Notes: generated by a model from the sequence alone, not told the origin. DNA of 64,000 nucleotides from Lepidodermella squamata (GCA_047495785.1 JBLDXI010000103.1:124001-188000), one strand, 5' to 3'; shown: positions 23,688 through 35,826, counted from the first letter of the stretch. Program-made: numbers and translations.

Positions 23688-26600
23688 TCAAGTACGGATA
23701 ATGCCTTGGTTGCCCTGAGGCCGTTGCGGCCGGCCGCCTGGGGGCTCGGTTGGAGGCGCAGCCGGCGTCGTAGTCTCAGGTTGCGGCGGCGCCGCGCCAC
23801 GCGACGGAATCAACCCCTCCGCCTGCAGCAGTGCCAAATTGCCAGCAGCCAACGCAGCGACCTCGCCAGTCGTCAACGGCAGGTTGCAAATCAGCACGTT
23901 ATCGATATTGCCGACAAACGCGCCCAGCACTTGATCATCGCCGACGACGTACGGGCAGTGGGCGACTGCGGGCGGGCCGTTCAGGGTGTCGCTCGCCAAC
24001 AATACGCCGTTGACGTAGAGCTCGAGCACAGAGATTTGCTGGTCGTAGACAACGCAGGCTGACTGCCAGCCGTTTGCGACCGGGGCGTTGATCATCATGG
24101 CGGATTGGTTGGTGCGCACGTTGCCTTGCAGGTTGTTCGTGCCGTTGATGCCGGCGATGATTGTGTACAGCGTTGCAGCGGCGCTGTTGCTGTTCGACAA
24201 AATACCGCCGTTTGTGTTGCACGAGTACGGAGCAGTTGTGCCACAGCTAAGTTGACAAGAAATAGAATAAAATTACAGTAGGACGAATTTTCTCAATTTT
24301 TTGAATGTGACCAGTTGAATCGGTAATACAGCCCCATAAGCAGGGTGCGATCTTGGATCCCCGAGCTGCCAGGGATGGAAAATATTTTTTGCTGCATTTG
24401 CCAAGATGACTAGTCATTTCGGCTAATCACCGAGCTAAGCGAGAAAATTTTGGAGATTTTCCGCTAAAACACGCTCCAGAACCAGAACCTAAGTTCTGGG
24501 ACACGTTGTTTTAAAAAATCTCAATCTGTAGGTCAATTTTTAAATCAAATATTTTGTAGGACAAATTCGAACAAGTCGAGTTTGAACAAAGGACCTTTCC
24601 GAACTTTCAGATGAATAGCTCTGTGGAAACCAAAAATATAATGAAATCGTCAATTTAATAATTTGAAGTTTTTCTAAAATTTCTCGAAAATAATAAAAAA
24701 TTTGGAAATTTCAAGTTAGGTTTCCCAAACTATATCGTAATGCAATCGGTGTAATATTATTGAACTTGATAATTGCTCGGGAAGCTTCTCCTTTTTAAGA
24801 ATCAGATCAATCGCCGATCAGCCGATAGCAAGCCTGAAGCAGAAAAATTCTACAAATTCTGCAAAAGTTGTAGATCGGAATTTGCGATAGAAAATAGCCC
24901 ATGGAATTTCAAAGACATTGAAATAATGATTAATCGGTAGATGTCAGTATCACAAGTACCACTAATACGCTCTGGAATTTTTTTGAGTATTTATAGTTGA
25001 GATCTTACCGGAAAGAGAAGCACCATGAAGCGCCCTGGGGGTTGCTCAGCTGGAAGCTCTTCAAGCCCGGAATTTCCAGCCGGCCATCATTGACGAACAA
25101 CGACCCGCCAGGGCTATTCACCGTATTAGCCGGGTCGAACTGAGCGTTGCCGTAGGCGAAGGTCGACAGCTGGTTGATGGACTGATCGGCTAGGCTGGTG
25201 TCAAACGGCATCCAGAGCGAGCACTGGCGCCCTGAGGAGGCGACGACGTCGGGCGCCGGCGGCAGGACCACTGAACAAGCGCACTCGATTAGGCTGAAGG
25301 TGGTACCAGGGGCACAGGGCAGGTCGTAGTCGCCCAGGCGGAACGCGTCCGGGCGGTCTGGGTTGGCAACCAGGATGTTTCCGAAAGAATCAGTGCAAGC
25401 CGTAGCGTTGCTCGTTGGCGCTTGGGTGACCTAAATTTGAAACACGAAAAAAGGGAATTCATTTTTGTGACAAAATTTGATTGAAAATTTTGAAATTGAA
25501 TTTGAAAATTGAACTTGAAAATTGAATTTGAAAATTGAACTTGAAAATTGAAAATTAGAAATTGAAATTTCGATTTTGAATTTTAGGTACTAATTTTGAA
25601 ATTACAGGGTTTTTTATTTTCAATTCAATTAAAAGAACTTGTTGAAAATTTCAATTTTTCAATTTCAAGATTTTCAATTTTCAAATTTTCAAATTTTTCA
25701 TTCAATTAAAATATCGAAGGGAAGATTAATGAATTTTGAATTCAAATTAAATTTTTTTTTTATTTTTCAAATTGTAAAGAATTATAAGGCATGTTTTACC
25801 TGAGGTAAAGCGAGGCAGAAATCTCGGCACGACAAATCAGCGACGCAATCGCACGTATTGGGCTGATAGCGGTAGCCAGTCGGGCAACAGCGAGTTTCAT
25901 TGAAGGCGCAGGTGAAGAATTGGCGGCACGATTGGCCGGGGATTTGGTAGCACCCGACGGCGGCGATGGCCGGGGTTTCGCAGGGTGACGGCTGGCACCG
26001 CACCGGGCCCTCGACTTGGCACGCCAGGATCGATTCATCGAAAAATGTACCAGGCGGGCAGAATTTCAACGTTGCTGAAGCATTGTTAGCATCCAGATAT
26101 TGACACTGAAAAAAATTCAAAAATTCAAATTCAAAAAAATGAAAAAGAGGAAAATTGAAATTGGTCATCACATAAAAAAAATGGAATAGGTAATTATTTT
26201 TCGGCGGAATTTTCGAATTTTCAATTTTACGAAACTTGCGAGTCACTTTTCTAAGATGGCCTTGAAAATGGATTTCAAGAAAATACGCAATATCTTCAGT
26301 TGCTGAAATAAGTTCTAATTTTTGGATTAAAAATCTCGAACATTGAGAGGAAAAAATTAAAATCTTTTAAAATTTAAAAAATCAATTTAAAAATTCAATC
26401 TGCCAAAATTTTTCAAAGTTAAATTTAAACGAGAGTTTGGATGACCTTAGAAATTATGATTTTTTTGGAATATTTCTTACCTGAAAGTAGCTGTGGCAGT
26501 CGAGGGGATTGATGAACAAGTCCTTGACGTTGGTTCGCATCAAGCAGTCGAAGCAGTAGTCATTCGCGTTGAACCCAACGTCATTTATCGGGACAGGAAC

Positions 26601-26699
26601 AGGCAGACCGGCCGTGGTCGTTCGTGGCCGGCCAAGCGTGAAGCCAACCAAGCATGACGAAGCGACTAGAAAAACTGCTAAAGAAAATAAATTCTTCAT
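23688..26699 (-). CDS. Divergent paralog of the ChtBD2 + LamG protein, copy E; exons 26699-26481, 26105-25800, 25430-25009, 24246-23688, 501 aa
   Basis: Colinear similarity (YCFDCL, NPLDCHSYFQC, CPPGTFFD, CSLWMPFDTSL, GRLEIPGLK, HCPYVVGDDQ). Three GT-AG introns give a continuous frame; the last sits at the same phase-2 position as the intron in A-D. Confidence 0.87.
25480..25705. repeat. Intronic degenerate (TTGAAAATTGAA)n tandem tract followed by its inverted counterpart
   Basis: Repeats at about 25480-25570 and complementary TTTTCAA repeats at about 25650-25705, inside intron 2 of copy E. Confidence 0.55.
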
Positions 26700-27249
26700 T
26701 TTGAAAGTATCAAATGCGACCAATTTCGCAATTTTTATAAGATAAAAGCAAATTTTATGAGCTTTATATCAATTTTTGCGTCTAATTGGCTAAGGCTCAG
26801 CAGCAATTAGAGTCGAGAATTTCCATGGCGTAATAATTTTGAATGAAACTGTTGACATCGCCAAGTTCATATAAGGCATTATTTCGACTTTAAAAAATTA
26901 ATGAAAATCTGAATTAAATATGTTTGCTAAATTTTACACAATTTGAATAAAAATTTCTGAATTTTTTACGATTTTCCGATTGATTGAATTCATTTAAATT
27001 TTTTATTTATAGACGCCCGAGCAGCACCGCCTTGTCCATAACCAGTTCGCCGATGAATTCAAAATATATTATTCCACTCATCCGCTGGTAAATGAAAGCC
27101 TATACCATAAAATGAGCCCAAACAAAACACAGGAAATACATGAATAACAATTGAGCAACTCCTAAACACATCGTCGCGGCTATTTTGAGGCAGCAACTGG
27201 GACATTACATCTGAATTAACAGCTAAATATTTTCAGACAAATTTCAACT

Positions 27250-28629
27250 ATGGGTGGAACACATTTTCACTCGGTTTTCGTTCTTGTAATTTTTCTATTC
27301 GGCGCTGTGAATGTTTCGAATTCTTTACGAATAAGGCGAGAGCATTTCAGCCACTTCAATACCGATGACCGAGCTGCGGTGCCTGTGCAACCCATGTGGC
27401 CCTCAATGGGCGACGAGAATTTCCCATTTCCGTGCAATAATAGGGACGCCATGCCGAAACACATCGAGGAGGTGTTTCATCTAACGAGCGATCCGCGAAA
27501 TGGCGTTGTTTGCTGGCACAAGCAAAAGCTGAGCGCTGACCAGATCGAAGTCCGCCTGTACCAGACATACGCTGGCTATCGCATCATAGGCGAAGAACGT
27601 AAAATTTCGTTTTTAAATTTTCAAATATTCGTGAAACTGCGCTCCTGTGCGCTGATTGGTGCGGCATTAGTGCGTGCGCAATAATTGCGTCGCGCGCTCA
27701 TTGGCCAGATTCGAAACACCATTTATTGCGCGCGCACTAATGCCAGGTGAAAAATCCGCGCACACTGGGTTATCGTTTCACGCGTTTGTCAAAGGTCAAA
27801 TTTCGAATACCTTGGCGGTTTTCGTACCGAAATTGAGATCACAAAAGTTCTCATTGGATGAAATATTTTTTCATCTTTTTCATCTTTTTTCATCTTTTCA
27901 TTTGATGCGACCTGAAAATTTCGGACTTTAAAAACAAATTATCCTAATTTTGAATCCTTACTCCCTTACACGAGCCAATATTCGAGATATTAATTTTTTT
28001 ATTTGTTATTCACAGCGTTGGTGGCGTATTACAATCCGAGAACAGGTGCGTGGTGGCATACTGCTGGAAGCCGAGCTGTCGATATTGAAAATGACGCACG
28101 TCGGCTGATTAGCGCCTCTATACCGCCTCTTCAGCCCTCAATCGATGCATGTCGCGCCGCCTTGAACATTCCTCAAAACGTAAATAAGTTGCTAATTTAG
28201 AAAATTATGATGTAGCTGGACTGAAAATCATAACAGTTCTAAATTTCAAATTTTAAATAAATGTTTGCACTTCGAAAAAAGGAAAAATAATTGGTTATTT
28301 AGGTTATGGCAGGAATTTCCAATTTATTATATTTTAATTTTTTTGAAAAAGGATGAAGTTGAAATTGATGTCAGCCGGGCTATTCGCTTAGTTAGCCGTA
28401 ACGAGCATCAGTACAACGATGGAACGCCAATGTCGGCCATTTTCGCCGATATCGTCACGCTTCACCGGCGCGGTCGTCACATAGCCGGGCGTCAGTGCAC
28501 GTTCGATGCAACTCGAGGAAAGGTGATTTCATTTTAATTTCAATGACTAAAAATTACTCTTAAAATTGACATTTCGCCAATTTTTAGATGCTTCAATACC
28601 GGATTCAACCGCGTTCGATCGAGGAATAA
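27250..28629 (+). CDS. Secreted 241-aa protein resembling an FTP + PepSY (M4/M36 peptidase propeptide) without catalytic domain; exons 27250-27598, 28016-28179, 28352-28522, 28588-28629
   Basis: Signal peptide; three GT-AG introns give a continuous frame. EVRLYQTYAGYRIIG resembles the FTP motif and FDATRGKML resembles the PepSY terminal motif. No HExxH. Confidence 0.65.
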
Positions 28630-28816
28630 CAGTTTAATACTGCATTATCGATTTACATTAAATTTGACTATAGTATTGTCTATAACAGATCCAGCTTTGA
28701 TTTGTTCCTGTTTTTAATCAAATAATAAAATTTAATTACGAAATAGCAAGATTTTGCAAATATAGGAAGAATTGGGTTATGCGAACAATCTGTTATTAGG
28801 GCTATGTGAGCGCGGA

Positions 28817-28864
28817 CCAATTAGCCTGATAACGCATCAAGAAATGTGATTCTTGACTATAAAA
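28817..28864 (+). promoter_or_regulatory. CCAATTAG + TATAAAA promoter of copy D
   Basis: CCAATTAG at 28817-28824, TATAAAA at 28858-28864, ATG at 28947. Confidence 0.5.
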
Positions 28865-28946
28865 GCGAAGAAATGAAACCGATAGAATCATCAACAGCTT
28901 AATAAGCATTTCTTCTCCATTTGATAATCAAGAAACGATTTCGATA

Positions 28947-30720
28947 ATGATCCGATCATCGATTGTAGTAGCTTTTGTGATCGCCGGTTGTCTTGATGCG
29001 GCGTTTGCCCGCGATCGCACTACAACGCGCCGCGCCCCGGTCGCTGGCCCACCTGCTCCGAACAATCCTAACCCTGCGCCTGGGTTCGACGCGAACACGT
29101 ACTGCTTCGACTGCCTGTCGCGCGCCGCGCAGAAGGACTTCTTCGCGAACCCGCTCGACTGCCACTCGTACTTCCAGTGCCTGTACCTGAACGAGACGAC
29201 GGCGACGGCCATCTTCCAGGTGTGCCAGCCGGGCACCTTCTGGGACGAAGCTCGCCTGACGTGCCGCGCCGAGGGCCCAGTGCCGTGCCAGCCTTCGCCG
29301 TGCTCGAACCCGACCATCGCCGCTGCCGGCTGCTACCAACTGCCCGGCCAAGGCTGCCGCCAGTACTTCACGTGTGGCGCCACCGGCCAGGAGACTGTCA
29401 ACTGCTGCCCGTCTGGCGAGCGCATCGACGTCGCAACTTGCACGTGCGTGCCGGACGAGACCTGCACCGGCTTCTGCCTCGCCCTGCCCCAGACCACGGC
29501 CGCCCCAGCGAGTCTGAACGCGAGCGCGTGCTCGGACGCCTTCGGCAACACCCTGGTGGCGCTGCCCGACCGCGAAGACGCGTTCCAACTCGGCGACTCG
29601 ACGCTGCCCTGCGCGCCCGGCACCGCCTTCAGCCTCGCCGAGTGCGCCTGCTCCGTCGTGCTGACGACGCCCGAGCCGCCGCTCACTGGCTCGAATGCCC
29701 GCCAGTGCGCCCTCTGGCTGCCTTTCGACACCTCCCTCGAGGACCAGTCCGTCAACCGCTTCCCGACCTTCGCCTACGGCAACGCCCAGCTCGACGTGAC
29801 CGCCTCGGCGACTGGCACCACTGGTGGCTCGCTGCAGGTCAACACCGGCCGCCTCGAGATCCCCGGCCTCAAGACGTTCGAGCTCGGCACAGGCGAGGGT
29901 GCTTCGTGGTGCTTCGAATACCGGTAAGACTATATTACATGACCGATGGACTCTACTAAAACTTTCGTTTACTTTTCAAAGTTGCAACGTCGCCGCCCCG
30001 TTCCAGTGCACGCAATCGGCCGGCGTGCTGTCGAACAACAACAACGCCGCGGCGACGCTGTACACGCTCATCGCCGGCGTCACGCCCACCGACAACGTGT
30101 TCGCGAGCCTGCGCTCCGACTCGGGCGCCTCCGCCAACCTCACCGCCCCGGCGCCGGCGACCAACGGCGGCTGGACGGCCGTCTGCGTCGTGTTCAACGC
30201 GACCGCGCAGCTCGCCGAGCTCTTCGTCAACGGCGCCCTCGTCGGCAGCGCGCCCGCCGCCGGCCCGCTCGCCCTCGCCCACTGCCCGTACGTCGTCGGC
30301 GACGACCAGGCCCTCGGCGCCTTCACCGGCAACATCGACAACGTCCTCGTCTGCAACACCGTGCTCACCGGCGAGGAAGTCGCCGCCCTGGCTCAAGGCA
30401 ACATTGGTGCGCTGCAGACGGCCGGTCTCATCCCGGGTGGCCAGCAGCCAGCCCAGCCGACCACTACTGCTGCGACCGAAGCTCCGCCGGCCGAAGAGAC
30501 CACCACTGCCCCTGTTCAAGGAGGTCGCACTACCCGCCGCCCCATCGCCCAACCGACTCGACGTGGCCCTATGACTCTGCCCACTCGATCTCCGCCCCAA
30601 GGTGGATCCCGCACTACCACTCGCCGCGCGCAAGCCGCCAATCCCACCACCCGCAACCCCCATGCTGGTCATGGCCCGCGTCCTCAGCCTGGCACCCAGG
30701 GTGTCGTCCGCGAGCATTAA
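28947..30720 (+). CDS. Secreted ChtBD2 + LamG protein, copy D; exons 28947-29923 and 29982-30720, 571 aa
   Basis: A-type leader (SIVVAFVIAGCL..PPAPNNPNPAP), C-type 58-nt intron, unique longer C-terminal tail. Confidence 0.87.
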
Positions 30721-31155
30721 TGTAAACTCGCAATATGAATACCGAGAACTTATGATAAACTAATTATGATCCATGATACTGTTGGTTCTTTTTAATTGAT
30801 AATTTATGAAGTATTCTTTCAAACTAAGTGATTTTCACCCATCGCTTTCCAGGTTCTTGAAATGAATAAATCTGAAATTCCAGAAGTTTTTTCGGACTTG
30901 TTTGGCCATCAAAAAATGGGGCATATAAATTTCCTCTGATGTCGTCGTAAAATTGATAATAACCCCCTGTACTATCTGGTGTATCCGCAGTGTAGTACAA
31001 TTTTTTTGAACACGAGTAGATAAAATAGCCGAGCCATTACTGCGTGCATTCATTTAGTTATGGGCGCAATAGCAAGATAAGAGAAATTTCAAAACATTTC
31101 TTTTTATTCAAGAGATAGTTACTCACCATTCTACCAAAATTGTTGCCAGAAATCA

Positions 31156-33654
31156 ATGTCCTGGAAACTGGGTCAAACCAAGGCCTCGATTCTTTTGATT
31201 TTCATCGCGATTTTCATTGAATTCGCAGTAGCTGCCTCGAATTCTCATCATCTGGGAGCGAGAATAATTTGGACCGATGCCAATAACAACACGAATGCGT
31301 CTTGCGGCCTCAATAACATCGACATCATAGCCCCGGCCGAGGTCAAATATTCGGAGAATACGTTGAGCTTCTTCCGATTTCAATCCCATGTCATCAGTTA
31401 CGTTTTTATTGCTGATAATTCCTCGGATTCGAAGGGTGATGATCCGCCGCCTTGTGTCCGAGCTGCTTTCGAGATCAACGTCGATAAGGATAGGTGTAAA
31501 GGAATCCTACAATTCAAGGATGGCGATCCTTACTACAGGTAAATTACTAACTAAAAATATCTCAAAAAAGAAAAATTAAGAAATTTCCCAATAAATTGTT
31601 TAGGAAATGAAAATAAAAATTGATGAAATAATTTAATTGAATTTATCAAAAAATCCCTAATGCTTGGAAAATTTCATAATTTCAGGATTTCCAAACATTT
31701 TAAAAATTATATTTTTTTCTGTTAATTTCAGATATTTTGAGCTAAATGCAGTGAATACAACGTATAACGTTACCATTGAAGCTCTTCAAATCGGTTCCTG
31801 CCTTCTCGATGCCAATATAACAGGTGAGGACGGCGATGGTGATATTGAAATTATCACCGAACGGGACGTGCTAATTCACGTCTTGAGAAAACCAACCGTG
31901 CTCGATCAGCTGTTTCAACTGCTAATGATGACGCTGATTATTTTCGGCAATGTCGCTATGGGCCTGAAAACGGATATTCGAGTGGTTATTGACACACTGA
32001 AACGGCCTGTTGGACCGGCTATTGCACTTGGAATTCAATTCGCCATACAGCCAGCGGTAAATTTAAGAAAAAATCATCCATGCGTGACCTGAATAGTTAT
32101 TCGCTTAAAACATTAAGTCATGCTAAAAAAATGAAAAATTGAAAAGGGACATTTCTTAAAAAGACATAGTATAAATTAAAAAAAAATTATATTTATCGAA
32201 AAATTCTCGAGGGCAAATAAGGCTTATAAATTAAAAACTTTGAGTCCCCAAAATACAAAAAATTCAAGGAAAATTAGGAATATTAAAAATATTGGAAGCA
32301 TTGCAAGAGACATTCATTTTTAGAGTTCATGAACTTTAAATTTCTGTAATTTTTTTGTGAATTATTTATTAATTAGGTCATATCTCAGATTAATCCCTAA
32401 ATGTGTCCCATTTTATTTCCCAATTAGAATTTTTTGCAGAATCGTGGCATTTTCTTTGATTTATCTAAACATTTTTTAATTAACTTATTAACTTTTTTCT
32501 GAATTACCTATTTTTGCAAAAATTAAAAAATTTTGACTATTTGAATTTTCTTTGATTTATTTTTTGAATTATTCGAATTTAATTTCTGAATTTTTCAAAC
32601 ATGTTTTAATTTTTTTAATTTTTTACAGATAGCTTTCGGCCTCATCAAAGCGCTGTCAATTTACCCTGAAATTGTCGCATTCGGCTTTTTCGTCGTCGGC
32701 TGCTCGCCGAGTGGAACCGCCTCAAATTTCCACACATTCCTACTCGGCGGCGACGTATCAATGGCAGTTGCAGTCACCCTGTGCTCAACCGTCCTATCAC
32801 TCGGCTTCTACCCACTTTGGATCTACACATTAGGCCGGTACATATTAGCCGACTCGCCTAACCAGGCCGAAATACCCTTCGAAAACATCATCATGACCCT
32901 GATGGAAGTTGTCGTACCAGTTTTCATCGGAATTATTTTAAAAGCCGTTAAACCGAAATTAGCCGCGTTTTTGTTGAAATGGTTCGTCCAGCCGTTTCTA
33001 GCCCTTGTCATCCTGTACTTACTAACCGCTGGAATCTACTCAAATTTCTACCTATTCGAAGTTGTTTCATGGCAAGTCATCTTCGCCGGTTGTGCCTTAC
33101 CATATTTCGGGTTTTTCCTCGGTTTCATCGCCGCGACTCTACTGAAACTACCCAAAGACAGCCGGATTGCTGTTATGGTCGAAGCTGGTCTTCAAAATTG
33201 CTACATCCCCGTTTTCATGCTTCGGGCGACCTTCGAAAAACCTGATTCAGACCTTGCCGCAGTCGGCCCGATCGGGTCGCTGCTTCTAGGCCCAGTTCCG
33301 TTCTACTTCATCGAAGTTTTCCTGTTATTTCGATCAATCTACCGAAAACGGCCCCGCTTCCAGAAATTTGTCGATAAAATTTGCTGCTGCTGTTGCCCGG
33401 CAGCCGTGCTGCGTTGTTGTTGCCCGCCAGCTGACGACGAGCCAGATGATGAAGTTCCGATTGTGATAGACGATGAGGGCAACACTGATGAGGTGTCGAT
33501 GAAAATCGACCCGATCGGTGCGAAGATTCAGGCCAGCTTCCGCTCGACTGTCAACTACGAGGCGTTCGATCAAAATCGACGCCGCTCGCAGTCGGCGCGG
33601 CCCCGCCCGCCTGACGAGCGGACGAAAGTTCTGTTTGCCAGCATTGGGGAGTGA
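31156..33654 (+). CDS. SLC10 family sodium/bile-acid cotransporter-like protein with N-terminal extracellular domain; exons 31156-31538, 31732-32056, 32629-33654, 577 aa
   Basis: Motifs MG...LKRPVGPAIALGIQF.IQP, GCSPSGTASN, LLGGDVSMAV, IPF..I, VPV.IG, PYFGFFLG, EAGLQN typical of SBF/SLC10 transporters. Introns restore the frame. Confidence 0.9.
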
Positions 33655-34716
33655 AATCAACATCATCAACTACTGTATATATGGCTAATTTATTATGCTT
33701 ATAATCAACGATTTGTTTTGAATAAAAAAATATCGAAAAATTCGAATGATTGACGCGATTTTTCTCACCAATTAGTCGATGCGTATTTAGGAGGAAGGTT
33801 TTGTTTTTGCTCTTTCAAGCTTATTTTCGCATGAAAAATTAACGCAATTCTGTCTAGAAAGAGGGACAATTTCGCCTTGGCTTGTTAATTGCCTGAAAAA
33901 ATGAATTTGAAGCTGTTCAGTGGCTGCTTCACTCCTTGGATTTTGCTGCTGATTGTCGATTTGGCAGATGGATATCGTTAGTCAATAATTTTCTACGATT
34001 TTCAACATACCTAATTCAATTATTTCCCACAATTTGTGTCGCTGAAGACATTTTTGATAGAAATGAAATTGTAAATATTTTAAGGTGGATTTTTCGAAAT
34101 TGCTTTCAAAATTTCCGCATTTTTGTTTAAGCTATTTCAATTTATGATCGAGATTTTTGCTTGCCAAATTGAGGTCACTTAGGGCTTCTTCACTACGCTG
34201 TGACCTCTCCTATCTTCTGCTCGCTACATGTAATAAAATTGGAAGCTGGCTCACATTTTGCGGCTCACTAATGTGGCGAAATCAGGTCACAGCGCACGTA
34301 ACACAGGCGATTGCATTTGACCTCAAAATTCTAACCACTTTATTTTAACTTGCATGCTAGAAATTAAGCTGTGTGTTGATTTGGCATGATAAAGCTTTTC
34401 GTTGGAATTTTTAGCAATTTCCTAATATCCTGATACACTCTTCCCTCTTCCCTGTCGTGAAAATACGTCTCCAGGTTGCTGAAAAGCATCTTGGGTTTTG
34501 ATCCATTGTTATCTGGCCATTGCTAAATTTTTAACTTTTAATTTCTAATTTTTGGATGATTTCTAAATTTATTGAATTCTCATAGTAATAATAAAGATTA
34601 TGAAGATCTCTAGATCCCTCGATTGCAAATCTTCGCTAAATTTGCATAATATATTTAGGTTTCACAAACTAGATTAAATGATTCAGCACTTCCAAATCCA
34701 GTATACCCAAACTATG

Positions 34717-35585
34717 GACTATACTTTTAACTACATTAAATTCACTTCTTTTCTCATTAAATTTCTTCTTTTTACATTTAAAACTTTTTCTGCCATTATC
34801 CACTCTTTTTTCACATTATAAATACTCTTTTTTCCATTAAATTCAAATTAAATCAGATGATACCGAAAAAAATATTTTTGAAATCGCCATCGTCTTCTGA
34901 ATCGGAATATGCCCTGGTTTTTCCTTATAAGCCATTTAGCAGTTGATGCCAGCTTAAAATCTTCATCGGAACCAGATAATTGCAGGTAATCAATGTCTTT
35001 CCTAACCCGAGCATGCAACTTGACATACGGTTTCGGCTGCTCCACCACTCCTTCACGGAATCCCTAGAAGCATTGGGACACCCCTGTCAGGGTTTCTCAA
35101 GACCAGGGTTTCACGTCGCATCCACTTGTATAAAAAGTCGTTTCCAATGACTAATTTTACTTCTAGTTTCATTCACTTGAATGGCAGCTTTCTCGGCTTC
35201 GTCAAGCCTTCCGAGAACTGGTTGTAGTAAGGTTTACTGAAGACCGTATCCCAGTCATGCTGAAAGCGAGATGCCTCTTCGTAAACAACCGCCGTACCTC
35301 GACCTGCTCTAACCTTCTCAGACCCATCGCTAGAAACGACTGTAGAAGAGCTCGAGAATAAAAGCTCGAGAATAAATAACCGAACAGGGCATATTCCGAC
35401 TCAGAAGACGATGGCGATTTCAAAAATATTTCTTTCGAGAGCCCCGGATTTAATTTGAATTTAATGGAAAAAAGAGTATTTATAATGTTAAAAAAGAGTG
35501 GATAATGGCAGAAAAAAGTTTTAATGTAAAAAGAAGGAATTTGATGGGAAAAGAAGTGAATATAATGTCGAATAAAGTATATTTC
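34717..35585. mobile_element. Non-autonomous Mutator-like element (MULE), 869 bp
   Basis: About 200-bp imperfect terminal inverted repeats (34717-34916 vs 35385-35585) starting with G and ending with C, flanked by the 9-bp direct repeat CAAACTATG (34708-34716 and 35586-35594). Confidence 0.8.
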
Positions 35586-35826
35586 CAAACTATGGTTTTT
35601 GAGTTTTCCGTTTTTCTTATAGGGGCACACTTTTTTAGCATGGTGACCCATAGATCTCCTTATTACATGTAATTTGCACCATGGTACCTATTAGTCCCAA
35701 TAGGAAGGTCAGTTCACGAGTTCTTGGGTCATATGGTACACATTATTAGGAAGGAAAAGTCAAAATTGCAAAATATCGGAAAAAATTAGGGGATGCAATT
35801 CTTAAATTTTAATCTTTTATCTTCAG

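Noticed and set aside
34150-34480. Candidate first exon of the polycystin gene
   Set aside because: I found no ATG-signal peptide-donor combination in a frame compatible with the exon at 35827, so this is left unresolved.
35202-35651. 149-aa ORF overlapping the MULE-like element as a transposase
   Set aside because: It runs through the AT-rich TIR, has low-complexity composition and shows no DDE or zinc-finger motif.
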